Source of the DNA: Octopus vulgaris
Taxonomy: Eukaryota
Length of the DNA stretch: 64,000 nucleotides
NCBI GenBank assembly: GCA_951406725.2
Contig: OX597815.1
Span: 167,152,001 to 167,216,000, forward strand
Reading direction: 5' to 3'
Part shown: positions 13,828 to 26,639 of the stretch, one piece after another
Layout: every line of letters starts with the position of its first letter
Numbering within the stretch: the first letter of the stretch is position 1
Position numbers and translations under genes: made by a program
Notes under the pieces: model-generated
Seen by the model: only the letters and a program-made list of their open reading frames with translations
Told to the model about the DNA's origin: nothing
Database searches by the model: none

Positions 13828-14188
13828 TAAGTTCAGCAAAATTTAGATTCAAATGAATATGGTACTTAAGTTGGATGCACCAGAATTCTGTATGGTATTA
13901 TCCATATAAATCCATGGGGTGATTATAATCAAAATAAGCAGCAAGAATAACTCCGGTAATTTGGTACGATCGTTTCGCACTACATCATTTTATTAAATGT
14001 TGTAAGTATTACAACAGTTTTAAAATGCTGAGCACTCATCAGCCATTAATAGAGGTTTTCCGTTAATACATAATTTTCCTATCAAGTGGTAACACTATAG
14101 AGAAGGTAGATATATAGACAAAGATGTAGATTTAAATTTTAGGAACATTTGAGGTAGTGGAGCTTATCAACTGACTGACTAAAATTCA
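13828..14188 (-). mobile_element. Non-coding PLE pLTR-like cassette between TA tracts, carrying a hammerhead
   Basis: Flanked by (TA)n on both sides; end aagttcagcaaaa resembles aggttcagcaaaa at 44846; contains the HHR at 13951-14055. Confidence 0.6.
13951..14055 (-). ncRNA. Type I hammerhead ribozyme, canonical core
   Basis: Minus strand: ...taatgg CTGATGA [gtgct-cagcatttt..tgttgtaa tac ttacaaca..aaaatgatgt-agtgc] GAAA CGATCG TA^ cca aatta; stem III ACGATCGT is palindromic; GUA cleavage predicted between 13965 and 13964. Confidence 0.8.
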
Positions 14189-14378
14189 TATATATATATG
14201 TATATGTATATGTATGTATATATATGTATGTATGTATATATGCAGAGGAAGAGAGAGAGAGATACCTAGATATGTTAAGTATGTATACACATACTATAAG
14301 TGGCTATATGCATGCATATTTATATTGAAACTTGTGTGTACATATATTTTTTAAATATTTGTACATATAGGCATGAGG

Positions 14379-14431
<53 letters not shown>

Positions 14432-14515
14432 AGAATATATATATCTAAAATATGCATAATATATTCAGTCTACAAGGAGCATGAATTTTAGTCATACATG
14501 AATATATATGCACAC

Positions 14516-14559
<44 letters not shown>

Positions 14560-15404
14560 TCATATATGAAATACACTGGCGTATATACAAATGCTTATTG
14601 GATCTGAGATATAACATGGCTGCCTTAGATTTCAGTTGTATCTAAAACAAATATGCCAACTTTTACAATATACCAGTTGGAGTCTAGAATCCTATAATAA
14701 ACTGCCGTCGCTAGACAAATCTGTCTACGTTCATCTAATCATTAAATCCTTCTAAATGATACGGCCATGACAACACCCCAGCACCACCACCACCACCACC
14801 TTTACCAGTTCCAACTGCAACATCACATCGTTCCAGCATGACACTAACACTGCCATCCCTTACACCACCCGTCTTGCTAAAATGTCTTATCTACAAGTCC
14901 CAGGAACAATGTTAGGAAATATTAGACGAAGCTTAGTCATAAGATTTTGGTGAATTTTGTTATTGTTTTACATTTGTCTTCTTCCACTTGTCATTCTTTC
15001 AATCCAGTTTTGTTGTTGTTGTTGTTGTTTTAAAAATAAAAAAAAAACGCGGGATAAGAATGACTAAATCAGACGACCCCCTCTCAAACTCACTATTTTT
15101 ACAGTGCGGTAGACTTAACCTTCCCGTATTTATTTATCTCTCTTATAGTTCTGAGTTCAAATCCTGTCCAAGATGATTTTTTTCATCTTCTAATCTTGAT
15201 AGTAAAAAGTACCGGTCTAGTATCAAAATCGATGAAATTTATTATATCGCCCCCATCAATTATGAAGCTTTGGGTCTTTCATTTCTTTATTCATTTATAC
15301 ATACAGATACAACCTCGCGCTCTCACACACACACACATATCTCCCACACATATTTACCTCCCTCTCTTTCTCTCTGTCTCTGTGTCTGTCTGTCTGACAC
15401 TCTG

Positions 15405-15483
<79 letters not shown>

Positions 15484-15569
15484 GTCTGTCTGTCTGTCTG
15501 TCTGCCACTGTCTTTCTATCTGTACACGGTGGAGTCTCTATATAAGAACATAATGCGTTCTAAAGTACT

Positions 15570-16383
15570 CCTAAACTGCACATGAAACGAAATCACAATA
15601 TCCTATTGAAAAATAAAAAATATTTTAAAAATCTAAATAGCATGAACTAGATCATGGCTAAAAGATAATTGTTTACTCAAAGTAGCCGCCCTCAGCTTCC
15701 ATCTTCGCATCAAGATGGCTCCGAAACTTGGAGCCTCTCTCTGCCTTTGAGAAGATCTTCGAACGCTTTGATTTTGGTCACCAGCCTCTGAGCGGTTGGA
15801 TGTTTTTCTGAGTTTGCGGCCCACACATAGTAATCCGTGGAATTACAATTAGGGCTGGTAAACTTATAGAAACTCTCTACAAACACATTTGACTCTTTCT
15901 CGAGGTATAGCAAGGGACCGAATCTTACTGTCACACATATGTCTTCCAGTTGCAATCCTCTCCAGCCAAGGTTTCATATAACCACAGTCTCCTGCGTTTT
16001 CATATAACCACTGTGAGTCTAAGGCCCTGTCCAAAAAGGTGGGGCAGGATGACGTCACCCTAACAGTTGAAGCATCTAAAAACCAACACAGTTTGGGGAT
16101 ACTTGGTTTTCATAATGTCCATATTATTACAAGCGTTTACAGCGTTCACAGAGCATTGAGCCGTGCTCATGATGTTGGCGTTTTGATACCCGGCGTAAAT
16201 CATCTTGATACAGTTAACTTTTTTCCAATATACCACATGGTTTCTAGTGCTCCATGTTACCTGACGTTCTCTCAACAACGTTAATCATTATACTCTCGAA
16301 CGCTCTTCATAGTTCGCTGATACATCAAGCCGTTCCTGAAAAACGAGAAATAAAATATCGTCAAATTTGCTGGAACCCTTGTA
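15570..16383 (-). mobile_element. Tc1/mariner (DD37D/maT-like) transposon relic
   Basis: KTKYPQTVLVF (cf. KTKFPATVMV) and SPNCNSTDYYVW (cf. SPDLNPLDYYVW); one TIR-like end TA|caagggttccagcaaatttgacg at 16383. Confidence 0.7.
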
Positions 16384-16558
16384 TGTATGTATGTATGTAT
16401 GTATGTATGTATGTATGTATGTATGTATGTATGTATGTATGTATGTATGTATGTATGTATGTATGTATGCATGTATGTATGTATGCATGTATGTACTTAT
16501 GTATGTGCGTATGGTATGTGTATGTATGTATGTATGTATGTATGTATGTATGTGTCTA

Positions 16559-16625
<67 letters not shown>
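16384..16625. repeat. (GTAT)n and (TA)n microsatellite
   Basis: Direct periodicity. Confidence 0.95.
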
Positions 16626-16628
<3 letters not shown>

Positions 16629-16850
16629 ATTATAATTAGGGTTCATCTAACTGCTTCACCACATACCGAAATTAGAAATAGGAGTTAAAATTTCCTTTTC
16701 TGCTACTATAAGAATCTCCATGACGGTAAACATACTTTTTTTACGAAGGCAAAGAGAAAAAACAATGAATCAACACGACCAGGATTAATTATATAGGCGT
16801 TTCGAGATTAAAGTATGTTAAATTTTACTTCTCTCTTCAATATAATATTT
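16626..16850 (-). mobile_element. PLE pLTR-like cassette (same family as 44800-45600) with a hammerhead
   Basis: taattagggttca...tgcttcaccacataccgaaatt(t)agaaatag is shared with 44840-44900; abuts (TA)n. Confidence 0.7.
16788..16846 (-). ncRNA. Type I hammerhead ribozyme with U3 variant core
   Basis: ATTATA TTGAAGA GAGA-agta..tact-ttaa-TCTC GAAA CGCC TA^ TATAAT; 6-bp stem I; stem III is one substitution from the ACGCGT palindrome. Confidence 0.7.
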
Positions 16851-17143
16851 CCAGCTTTTATAAAATTTGAAAGTACTATAGCTGAACATGCACACAATCG
16901 AGCGTCATCATGTAACAGATATCCAACCAACACTTCCAAACTTTACAGAGCCGAATGTGAATACACTATTCAAACTCTATACCCACGTGTATGCTACAAG
17001 CAATACCGCAGAAAGCTGCAGTAATCTATCATGGAGTAAATTATAATTTTAAATTAATAATAGAAGGCTAAAATTTATTAATTTAATTAATTAATTAATT
17101 AATTAATTAATCAATATATATTAAATCAAATAATCATATAGAT

Positions 17144-17229
<86 letters not shown>

Positions 17230-17661
17230 TGCATGTATATAACTGTCCATATATTTAATGTAGGTATAGGCTTGTGGGAATGCACAACCATTAACACGTT
17301 AATTCCCGAACGGGAAATTCACTTGCTCAAACAGCAGAATTCTCATTTTTTAATGACAAAGAACCATCCATCTATCCCTTCACACACACATACACACACA
17401 CACACATACACACACACATACACACACATACACACACACATACACACACACACATACACACACACACATACACACACATACACACACACACACACATACA
17501 CACACATATATATATAAATACAGAGAGAGGGGGGACATATACATCCATTCATGCGTACATACGCACATGCATGTATACATACATACGTACATACATACAA
17601 AAGAAATAAGATAGAAGTCTAGGACTTTCCTGTGTTTTTCATGAAGCTTAATTAGCTCCTA

Positions 17662-17972
17662 TGAAGGTGTGTAATATAATGGTTAGGGCATTGTTCTCCC
17701 GATTTTAAGGAGGTAGTTTCAATTCTTGAGCTGGGCAACGCGTATTGCTTTGAGCCACATATTTCTTTTCACTATACTCCCTCCTACTGACTTGTAACGA
17801 GTACCGACTTGGTGCTTCCGTAGTTTTTTAACCCTTCAAACTGTCACATCCTGGGTGAATATCGATGGTCCGAGAAGGTGGTCTATGTGAGAGCTGAAAT
17901 ACGTGGGCATGTAAAACAACAAGTATGGTACATGTTAACAAGACATATTCGCTTACGAGTGACGGCTAGTTA
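17662..17972 (+). mobile_element. Old tRNA-headed SINE-like repeat, copy A
   Basis: Degenerate A/B boxes (taatggttagggc...gtttcaattct); colinear with 20569-20888. Confidence 0.6.
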
Positions 17973-18130
17973 TAATTTATTTGCAAACGCAGATGTTGAG
18001 GAAAACTATGATCTATAAGTGCATTATAGCATTGTTAGTTTACTATGTTAGTGTTATGATTAAGTTTACATTCTGAGTTCATATTTTACCGAGATCGACT
18101 TTGCATATTTCATCGATAAAACAAGTACTG

Positions 18131-18340
18131 AGAAGGAGAAGGGGCTTTCTCCGTCCGGGTTGCGGATCCGTGGAATAAGTTGCCGGACGAGATAGTGAAG
18201 ATGCCGACGACCGCTCGGTTCAAAGTCTCTCTTGACCAGAAATGGCCTGAACTCTTTGCATGAACACCCTCGCTGTACATAACTCCTTGTCCCCCTACAT
18301 GGGCTTGCTTTTGCTATTGAGCCAAAAAATTAACTTACTA
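18131..18340 (+). mobile_element. CR1-type LINE 3' end, same family as 54611-56541
   Basis: RRGAFSVRVADPWNKLPDEIVKMPTTARFKVSLDQKWPELFA* plus a matching 3'UTR; inserted into an older SINE. Confidence 0.9.
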
Positions 18341-19213
18341 GCGAAGTACTGGGGTTGATATAACTAACTTACTCGGTCCCACAAAATTGCCGGTTTTGTG
18401 CCAAAATTTCTTAAATTCAAGTGCATATAATTGAACAAATAAATGACTTTCCACCTGTTCCTTCCGATTTGCTAGAAATAGCAACTCCGTTTCCGTTAAA
18501 GAATACTGTACCTTCTTGGCAAAGGAAAAGACATTACGTCTCCGAGGTACACGATGCCATAAAAGACGAATTAACTCTTTTCCAATATCCACATGGTTCC
18601 CAGTCCTCCATGTCAGACCACATTTTCTTGAGAAATTCAATCGTTCTGATCCCCAACTCCGTTGACAGCTCACTAATATATAAACCTGTTTCTGAAAAAA
18701 GTTTAGTTTTGATCATAATAGGTTGGTTCGGAGCTAGACTGGGTTAAACAGCAATAGTTTACATTTATTAATGGATCTCCTTTCTCACATAGTATAGACA
18801 TGTCATTAAAACCCACTCTGCTTTATGTATTACATACGACGCTGTTTTCTGATAAAACAGTCGTTAACAAATTAACTGTACTCCAAAAACAACAATATCT
18901 TTTAGGGCACAGCCATACTGAGAAAGGTCAGATCACATCATATTTCTAAGGAGTAAGGAGGAGAGATAACTAGCAAAATTCAAGGACCACTGTTATCCGT
19001 TCCTTTAATCGATGCAAGCAACACTGCTAGAAGTCAGCAGTAATTGTTTAGTCCGACAGCAATTTAATAAACATTGCTTCGCCACAAATGAAATGAGCCG
19101 TAACCGTAGAGCATCAAGATATTTGCTTATATTTAGATCGGAGACATTGTCCAAATATTTCGCTTTGGGATTTGGTTTGCAAGATTCTTTATATGAGTTC
19201 GTGTGTTGAAGCA

Positions 19214-19674
19214 TATTCTGTTGTGTCTGGAGAGAGTCATTTTCTTTTTGTGCCTAATAATGTAACACACTCACCGATAAAATTTCCACTTATTTCTTCT
19301 TTGCAAATATAAGGACACAGAAAATGTGTCAAAGCCGACAGGAGACGTCGATATTTCCTAGGGCTAAATGGTGGTGATGTAATTCCCTCACGGGACTGTT
19401 ACATTGAGTTGACATTATACGACCACTATATCGCTTCACCGCCGCTTATATCTCTCTGAGATATTTAGAAATTCAATATTTCTAATTTCTTATTTTTATT
19501 TTCCTAGAATTTTCGTTGCGTCTTGCAACTTTCTTGATATATTGAAAAGGTTGCTAGACGCAACGAAAATTTTAGGAAAATAGAAAAAAATAAGAAATAA
19601 GTGGAAATTTTACCGGTGAGTGTGTTACATTATAGGCACAAAAATAAAATGACTCTCCCCAGACACAACAGAAT
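19214..19674. mobile_element. Foldback (inverted-repeat) element, left arm interrupted by about 190 bp
   Basis: 19214-19299 plus about 19485-19538 is the reverse complement of about 19540-19674; the symmetry centre is near 19539. Confidence 0.8.
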
Positions 19675-19847
19675 TGTCCAAATGCTTATACATTTAATAG
19701 GGCAATCCTTCATGACCAAATAATATTAACATTTGGTGAATCAATTAACAGAGGACGAGGGTATTCACAACTAGAGTCCATTTGCAATACGTAGGTAGAT
19801 TATACTGACATTAATCTCCCTCTTCCTCTATTTCTCTCTCTTTCTTT

Positions 19848-19880
<33 letters not shown>

Positions 19881-20458
19881 TCTCTCTTGCCTCTCTGTAT
19901 ATCTCTACGTCTACTTTTGAATACATAGATACATATACACACAAGCACACACACATACGTACATACATATTTACATATATACGTAACCACATGCGCAAAC
20001 ATACACACACATATGTATATATATATAATGTATTATGTATGTATGTATGTATGTAAGAACGTATAACAGTAAAATATATTAGTAAAATATTTATGTGAAT
20101 TAAATGGAATTTAACCTATTTCTTCAACTAGAGCATCACTAAATATACTTTGTTTCCGCTGTAAAATATTGGACATTTTTCCAAAATAATTTGAACATTA
20201 CATTACGATTCGTAAACTGTCATCTTGCGGTATACTTGAAAACTAGCACACTAGCATAGGGGGATATCTTTCATTAAATATGCAGCAATCGCTTTGTGTG
20301 TGTATGTGAGTGTGTGTGTATGTGTGTGTATGTGAGTGTGTGTGTGTGTGTGTGTGCGTGCATATGTATATATATATACATGTATAGCTAGGCAGACAGA
20401 CAGGAATAGAGAAATACATATATATATATATATATATATAATGTGTATGTATGCACAC

Positions 20459-20562
<104 letters not shown>

Positions 20563-20568
20563 TTCCTT

Positions 20569-20888
20569 TGAAGGTGCGTAATTTAATATTTAGGGTATTG
20601 GTCTCGCGATTTTGAGGAGGTGATTTCAATTCTTGTGCTGGGCTACGCGTTTTGTCTTGAGCCACACATTTTCTTTCACTATGATCCCTCCTGCTTGTTT
20701 GTAACGAGTACCAACTGGGCTTTTCTGCAGTCTTCCCCCCCACACACACACACTTTTAACCGTCAAGTTCTGGATGAATATCGATGGTCCAAGAAGGTGG
20801 TCTATGCCAGAGTGCAAATACGTGGGCATGTAAAACAAGTATGGTACATCTTACGAAGACATATTCGCTTGCGAGTGACGGCTATATA
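20569..20888 (+). mobile_element. Old tRNA-headed SINE-like repeat, copy B
   Basis: Colinear with 17662-17972 (gaatatcgatggtcc.agaaggtggtctatg...aaatacgtgggcatgtaaaacaa). Confidence 0.6.
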
Positions 20889-21042
20889 TAATCCTATTCG
20901 TCACAGTATGAGTCAAATATTTACAATCCTATTTTTAATCCTATTCGTCTCAGTTTGAGTCAAATATTTACAATGGAAAGTACGTGTTTGACTCAACCAA
21001 TGAGTGAATAAGTTAGTAGATTATCATCAAAGTTACTTCTTA

Positions 21043-21459
21043 GGATCTTTTCGGGTTGAACTGCAGTGTTTTCTAGCGGTGTCATATGAAATTGTCACCC
21101 ATAATTATGACCCTAGTATCGATCTATTGCATTTCAATCTGTTTTAGGGTTAGGGTTAGAGGTTGGGGGAAGGGTATCTTTTTTTCTTCAGAAATGTAAA
21201 TAAACCCAATATGTATCTTAAACGAGGGACATATTCATTCGGCACAAAATGTTTTCACCTCAATAGACGTCATTGATTGGTTGAAATTGCTGAAATTGAA
21301 GAAAACAACAACAAATATCTTACAAACTATAGAATTTTCTCAAAAAAGCCAAGAGAAAAAAGATGTTTTATAAACGCATTCTACCAGTATACGAAGTTTA
21401 AAAGTGTTTAGTTACGTGGAAATTATTTTTAAAAACTGCCGGTCAAACCGAAAAGATCC
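21043..21459. mobile_element. MITE with GGATCTTTTC TIRs (Merlin-like)
   Basis: TIRs ggatcttttcgggttgaactgcag / ctgccggtcaaaccgaaaagatcc; flanking duplication CTTCTTA at 21036-21042 and 21460-21466; internal TTAGGG repeats. Confidence 0.85.
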
Positions 21460-23615
21460 CTTCTTACAATAATGCCTATTCTCTTTTAATGTTGTGCATG
21501 ACGCCAATGTTATATTTCTTTTTATTTCTATTACCGATTAATTACTGCTTGTGTAGATAATCTAATAGAATAGTAACATATATACTACAGTGCCAAATAC
21601 AATGTTCTTCAATGCATCTTCTTTCCAGTGACATGAGAGCATAAGGAACACGCAAGCTAGGTTTTCGTTAATACATGGAGTACAAAGATAGGATAGGTTT
21701 TACCACTTGTAACTTTAATTATTATGGTTGCTGTTCTTTTATCGTTAACAAGCACGAGTGTATCGAAAAACAGAACAACGATACTAAAATATACTAAAAT
21801 ATTCAGTCTGCCGCGTTTAGTTTTGCACCAGATGCCCCATTTATTTTAGAGAAACGAAGCATTAACATCTCCCGGTGATTATAAAGGAATCGTATACAAA
21901 TTAAAAACATATTTTACAACGGATACTATTGTTTCATTTAAGTCATACAGCTTGGATTTGTTTTGAAACATCAGTCTTCAATGGTATCTGTGTTTATTTA
22001 TTAAAGTGACGATATATGAAAACTAAAATCTTAAAGAAATTAAGTTAATGACGAAAATATATGACTGCTCGGCATGCTCATTAGAAGTTTAAATCCGTTT
22101 AATTGACTGACTGTAGATATAATTTGTTTTCATTTGTACAATAAAGCCCTAAAAATAGGACTTTCATTTCATCTTTTAAATATTTTCAACTTCATAAAAT
22201 TTCAGATATGTTTATTGTCAAAGTTGATCCTATTTTGTGCGAAATTAGCCTATTCTTAACAAATTCTTGAAATCATGCGAAGACAAAATAAAAACGTCAG
22301 AACAATCTCAGCATGTTGTCCATTCATTTGTTTCCACAATCATTTCATGTTTTGGAATGAAGGATAGCCATTTTGGTAGATTGTTTGTGTACTACTCTCA
22401 TCACACCGTTGGAACACTTGAGTAGTCCCCCAGCCTTAAAGAAATAGCAACCAAAATCCTTAAACCATTTCCTAGAATATCTGAAAAAGTACGCTGGATA
22501 TTGTGGTTCGATATAAATTAGATGCCTTTGACCGTATGTCTGTACGATAAGAACAAAAGTAACAATATACCTAATACTACACTAAATAGCTAAAAATATT
22601 CATTTTAAAATTAACTTTATCAAATATCTATAAGCAGTTACAGTAAAATGAAGTTGTAAAGAATTGTAGATTGAGTTTTTACACGTTCCTGTACACGAGA
22701 GAAAGGAAAGACATTCATTCGGAGATTTTGGTCTCTTAGAAAAGATTCTCTATAGATTTTGTGTGTAAACATACATCAAGCCGACATCAGCGGAATACGA
22801 GACATGTGGATGATTTTGCCTCCTCAATAGTAGATAAAAGTTCCAGCCTTCTGTTCCCACATGCAGATAACAACAAGCAATACATTTGCTGCTACGTGCC
22901 GAGGCTTGTGAAGCTAGATTTTACTTAGTAAAAGCACACGGAACGGCGAGGATCAAAATAAAGATGTGTATACAATTTTTAACAAGGTATTAACTGAAGA
23001 TTTTGTTACGAAGGAAAATAAATTCATTTTTATATACGTGTACTATGTTGATGTAAAGCTTACTACAAGTAGCAGGTGTGGCCCATGACTAAAAATGTTG
23101 GCTTGGCTTGTAAATAGTGGTTAACATATGTTTTCGCCACAGTCTTGGGTGAAGCTAAACAATCTACAACTCGACAGATTCTTTAAATGGTTTCTCTATG
23201 ATATAGAAAGACATATTTTTCCATATAGGCTTGGGGACGTTTGTGGTTTTATAAAGTGATCCAGTTGGTAGCAATGAAATTAGTCATATCACACCCATAT
23301 TTACCGCAACAAGAATTTGGTCAGCGATGACTATTCTGATTTACATTTCAAGATGTTTAATTTATGAATCAGATTGAAGATTTTTTTGTCCTTATAAATT
23401 ACTTGACAATTTATAGTGAGTGATAACCTATATTTGCATAATTAAATAGGTTACAAAATATAACACGCTTCGAATATGTACAAGTACGAGAATATATATA
23501 TCTATATATATATATAAGTGAGCGAGTTTCTCGTTACACAAAAACATACTAGTCACACACAGAATCAAGTATTATACATACAAAAACACAACCACATAAA
23601 CGTACGTATGTAAAC

Positions 23616-23816
<201 letters not shown>

Positions 23817-24928
23817 CGCATATATATGTGTGTGTGTGTATACATAACATGCATTAATACATGCGTACAAACATACACTCATATCCAATATATAAACACA
23901 CATTTGTAAATGTGTGTTTGTGTTACTATATAAAAATGAGTATGAACATATTTTCCTTAACTGAATTATTACAAATTAGGAACCTATGTAATGGTATTGA
24001 AAAAATTCCTCCAACTCTTCGCTCAACTCGGGCTACGTCATTTGCATCTGGTGACAAGATGTTCCATACTGCTGTTGCATAGAGACAAACTCCCCCAGGC
24101 TGAGATAATAACTGCTATGTAGTGATTTATCGTGTCATTATTTATTCATTAAAACGCTATATATACAGTATCTGTGTGTGTGTCTATGTGTGTGTATGCG
24201 TGTGTGTGCGTGTGGGTGTGTGTATGTATGTGTCTGTAGACGGATACATATATATTTATAAACACGTATATAAATGTGTGTGGATGTATATATATATATA
24301 TATATATGTGTATGTGTGTGTGTATGTATGTATTATTTAGGCGAATACCTACGTACCTACCTATGTACATACCTACTTGCATACATACATACATACATAC
24401 ATACATACATACATACATACATACATACATACATACATACATTCAGTGGACTTACGATGCCCGAATAAGGACTGCGCTTTGCACGAGGTTCCGTGTTCGA
24501 TCCCAACGCGTGACACTTTTGCATATGTTAATCTTCTGTAGTGTCGAATTTACTCACACCTTATAAGTGAAATTGAAGAGACGGAAATTGTAGAGAAGCC
24601 CAACGGGTGTATTGTACTTGCATCTCAAAAGATACAGATTTGTCATATTCTGTGTGATGTTGGTTCTCTCAGAGACGTACAGTCACATGTAGACGACAGC
24701 AAGAAAAAGGAGCAGTGATATGCTTTTCTGGATGGCTGATGTCCTGTGGTTAGTAATTATAATTGGTGTGGTATGAGCAATGAGGTAGCAGACTCAATAA
24801 ATGTTATACGAAGGAGAGACGAATTGCTAAAGTGTCGAACTTGATATTGGACAAGATTTGCTACGTTCAAGAAGCGGAAGCCATTGCAACAGAGTAGAAA
24901 ACATGTCTGTGTACCAGAGCCTGAAATA

Positions 24929-25490
24929 TTGGGTTGTCCAGAAAGTTCGAGCTGATTTTTAAAGGAAAGAAAAAAGGTCAATAAATACTTGCCATTACAT
25001 TTTTAATCAACCAAATATGAACCATTTTGTTGCACAATGCGTCTCCATCTTTCCTGTAACTTGAATATGCCCTCTTCTCAAAATTTTGGTGGTTTCATGG
25101 CAATGAATTCATCAAGGTATCATTTTTACGTCATCCAAGGAATTGAAATTTTTACCATTAAGACTATTCTGAACAGACCTGAATAAGTGGAAATCCCAAG
25201 GAGCAATATCTGGTGAATATGGAGGTTGCGGTAATACATCCCAGCCGGGCTGCAGCAATTTTTGTCAGGTTCCCAAAGCATCAATTGCCGAAAATGAACT
25301 TTCTTATCTTCATTTTAAAGGATTATAAAATTAACACAGGTTATAGGAACATAAACCTTCTTCCACGAAAAGATAGCTTAAACTCTGCTCTAAATGGAGT
25401 AGCCGTCAAATCGTATTTTATGGACTCAACCATGTTCTAACATATGTCGAAAGCTACTATAAATCGGCACGAACTTTTCGGACAACCCAA
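24929..25490 (-). mobile_element. Non-autonomous mariner deletion derivative with both TIRs
   Basis: TA|ttgggttgtccagaaagttcg ... cgaacttttcggacaacccaa|TA; internal PYSPDIAPWDFHLFRSVQNSL...RWRRIVQQNGSY mariner C-terminus. Confidence 0.9.
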
Positions 25491-26014
25491 TATCTTAGCG
25501 CACTGTGTGACAATAGTCTCCCCATTAAAGATGTAATTTGAGGTTTGCAGTATAAAGTATTCCAGCCCCGGAAGTGGAAGGCTAATTCCTGCGTGCGACG
25601 CAGTCTTTGCTATGCCGAATATATGTGATTGCCAATGGAGAACTTCGATGGTTATAATACTAATCCACAGATCGCTAGAAACAAAAATGTGAGAGAAAGA
25701 CAATGAGACTTATTTACTAAGATCGATTCAATTCATTGTGCATAGGTGCTTCGTGGTTGAGATATTGTTCAAATAACTGTGGTGCATCATCGGTGATGAT
25801 GTGTCTCATCAGGTTATTTGTAAAAAGGTAACTTGATTTTTTTTTTTTTAATCTCCGTTTCGCTTATTTCTATAAGAATACACTTTGGTAGATGTAGTGT
25901 GCTACACGTCTACATGAGGAATTGGGCTATAGTCTACAACTCTTCAGATATAAGTAATAAGGTCACTTACAATGAAGCAAAAAATGAAAACAAAAGTATG
26001 AAAATAAGTAAATG

Positions 26015-26200
26015 AGTACAGTTCTATATTTAAGAGATGAGGAATTATGTACATTGTTTACATTATTTACAATTGACGGATATTTGTCCTCATCTTGTTT
26101 GCTGTTAACACAACGTTTCGGTTGATATACCCACCAGCTTTAATCAGGTGTCTTGGAGAAATTTCGAACCTGGGTTCTCATTCCTAAGGCATTTTTTGAT
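26015..26200 (-). mobile_element. Short PLE pLTR-like cassette with a degenerate hammerhead, next to (ATT)n
   Basis: Minus 26152-26107: GACAC CTGATTA A agctg..caacc GAAA CG TT^ GTGTT; ACGT palindrome; G8 and stem II are mutated. Confidence 0.6.
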
Positions 26201-26207
26201 GTTGCCG

Positions 26208-26210
<3 letters not shown>

Positions 26211-26287
<77 letters not shown>

Positions 26288-26291
26288 ATTA

Positions 26292-26384
<93 letters not shown>
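26211..26384. repeat. (ATT)n microsatellite
   Basis: Direct periodicity; source of the poly-I and poly-N ORFs. Confidence 0.97.
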
Positions 26385-26385
<1 letters not shown>

Positions 26386-26639
26386 GCCCACGAGCATAAT
26401 AAAGTATTCCTGAAATGTCCACCATCAGGTTGAGAGTCACAAATTGCCACATGGCAAGCAAAACCAACTAAGATTTCTTTACTTGTCATTCTATCTCACT
26501 AAGCAACTTTGAAGATCTTCCCTGGCCATCGTTGGTAAAATGTGTTCAGTTTCTTGCTCACCTTCATTGACGTTTTCTCTACTATATTGCTATACATAAC
26601 TGTTATCTAACTGGTGACGATGTAATCGACTAAGCCCTC

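Noticed and set aside
18421-18747. 108-aa ORF
   Set aside because: Overlaps a dispersed gaaatagca(g/a)cc-type repeat also seen near 13485, 22440, 41090 and 59110; no protein family resemblance
21143-21165. TTAGGG telomere-like repeats (also ccctaa near 32207)
   Set aside because: Only 2-3 units inside a MITE or repeat; not a telomere or fusion scar
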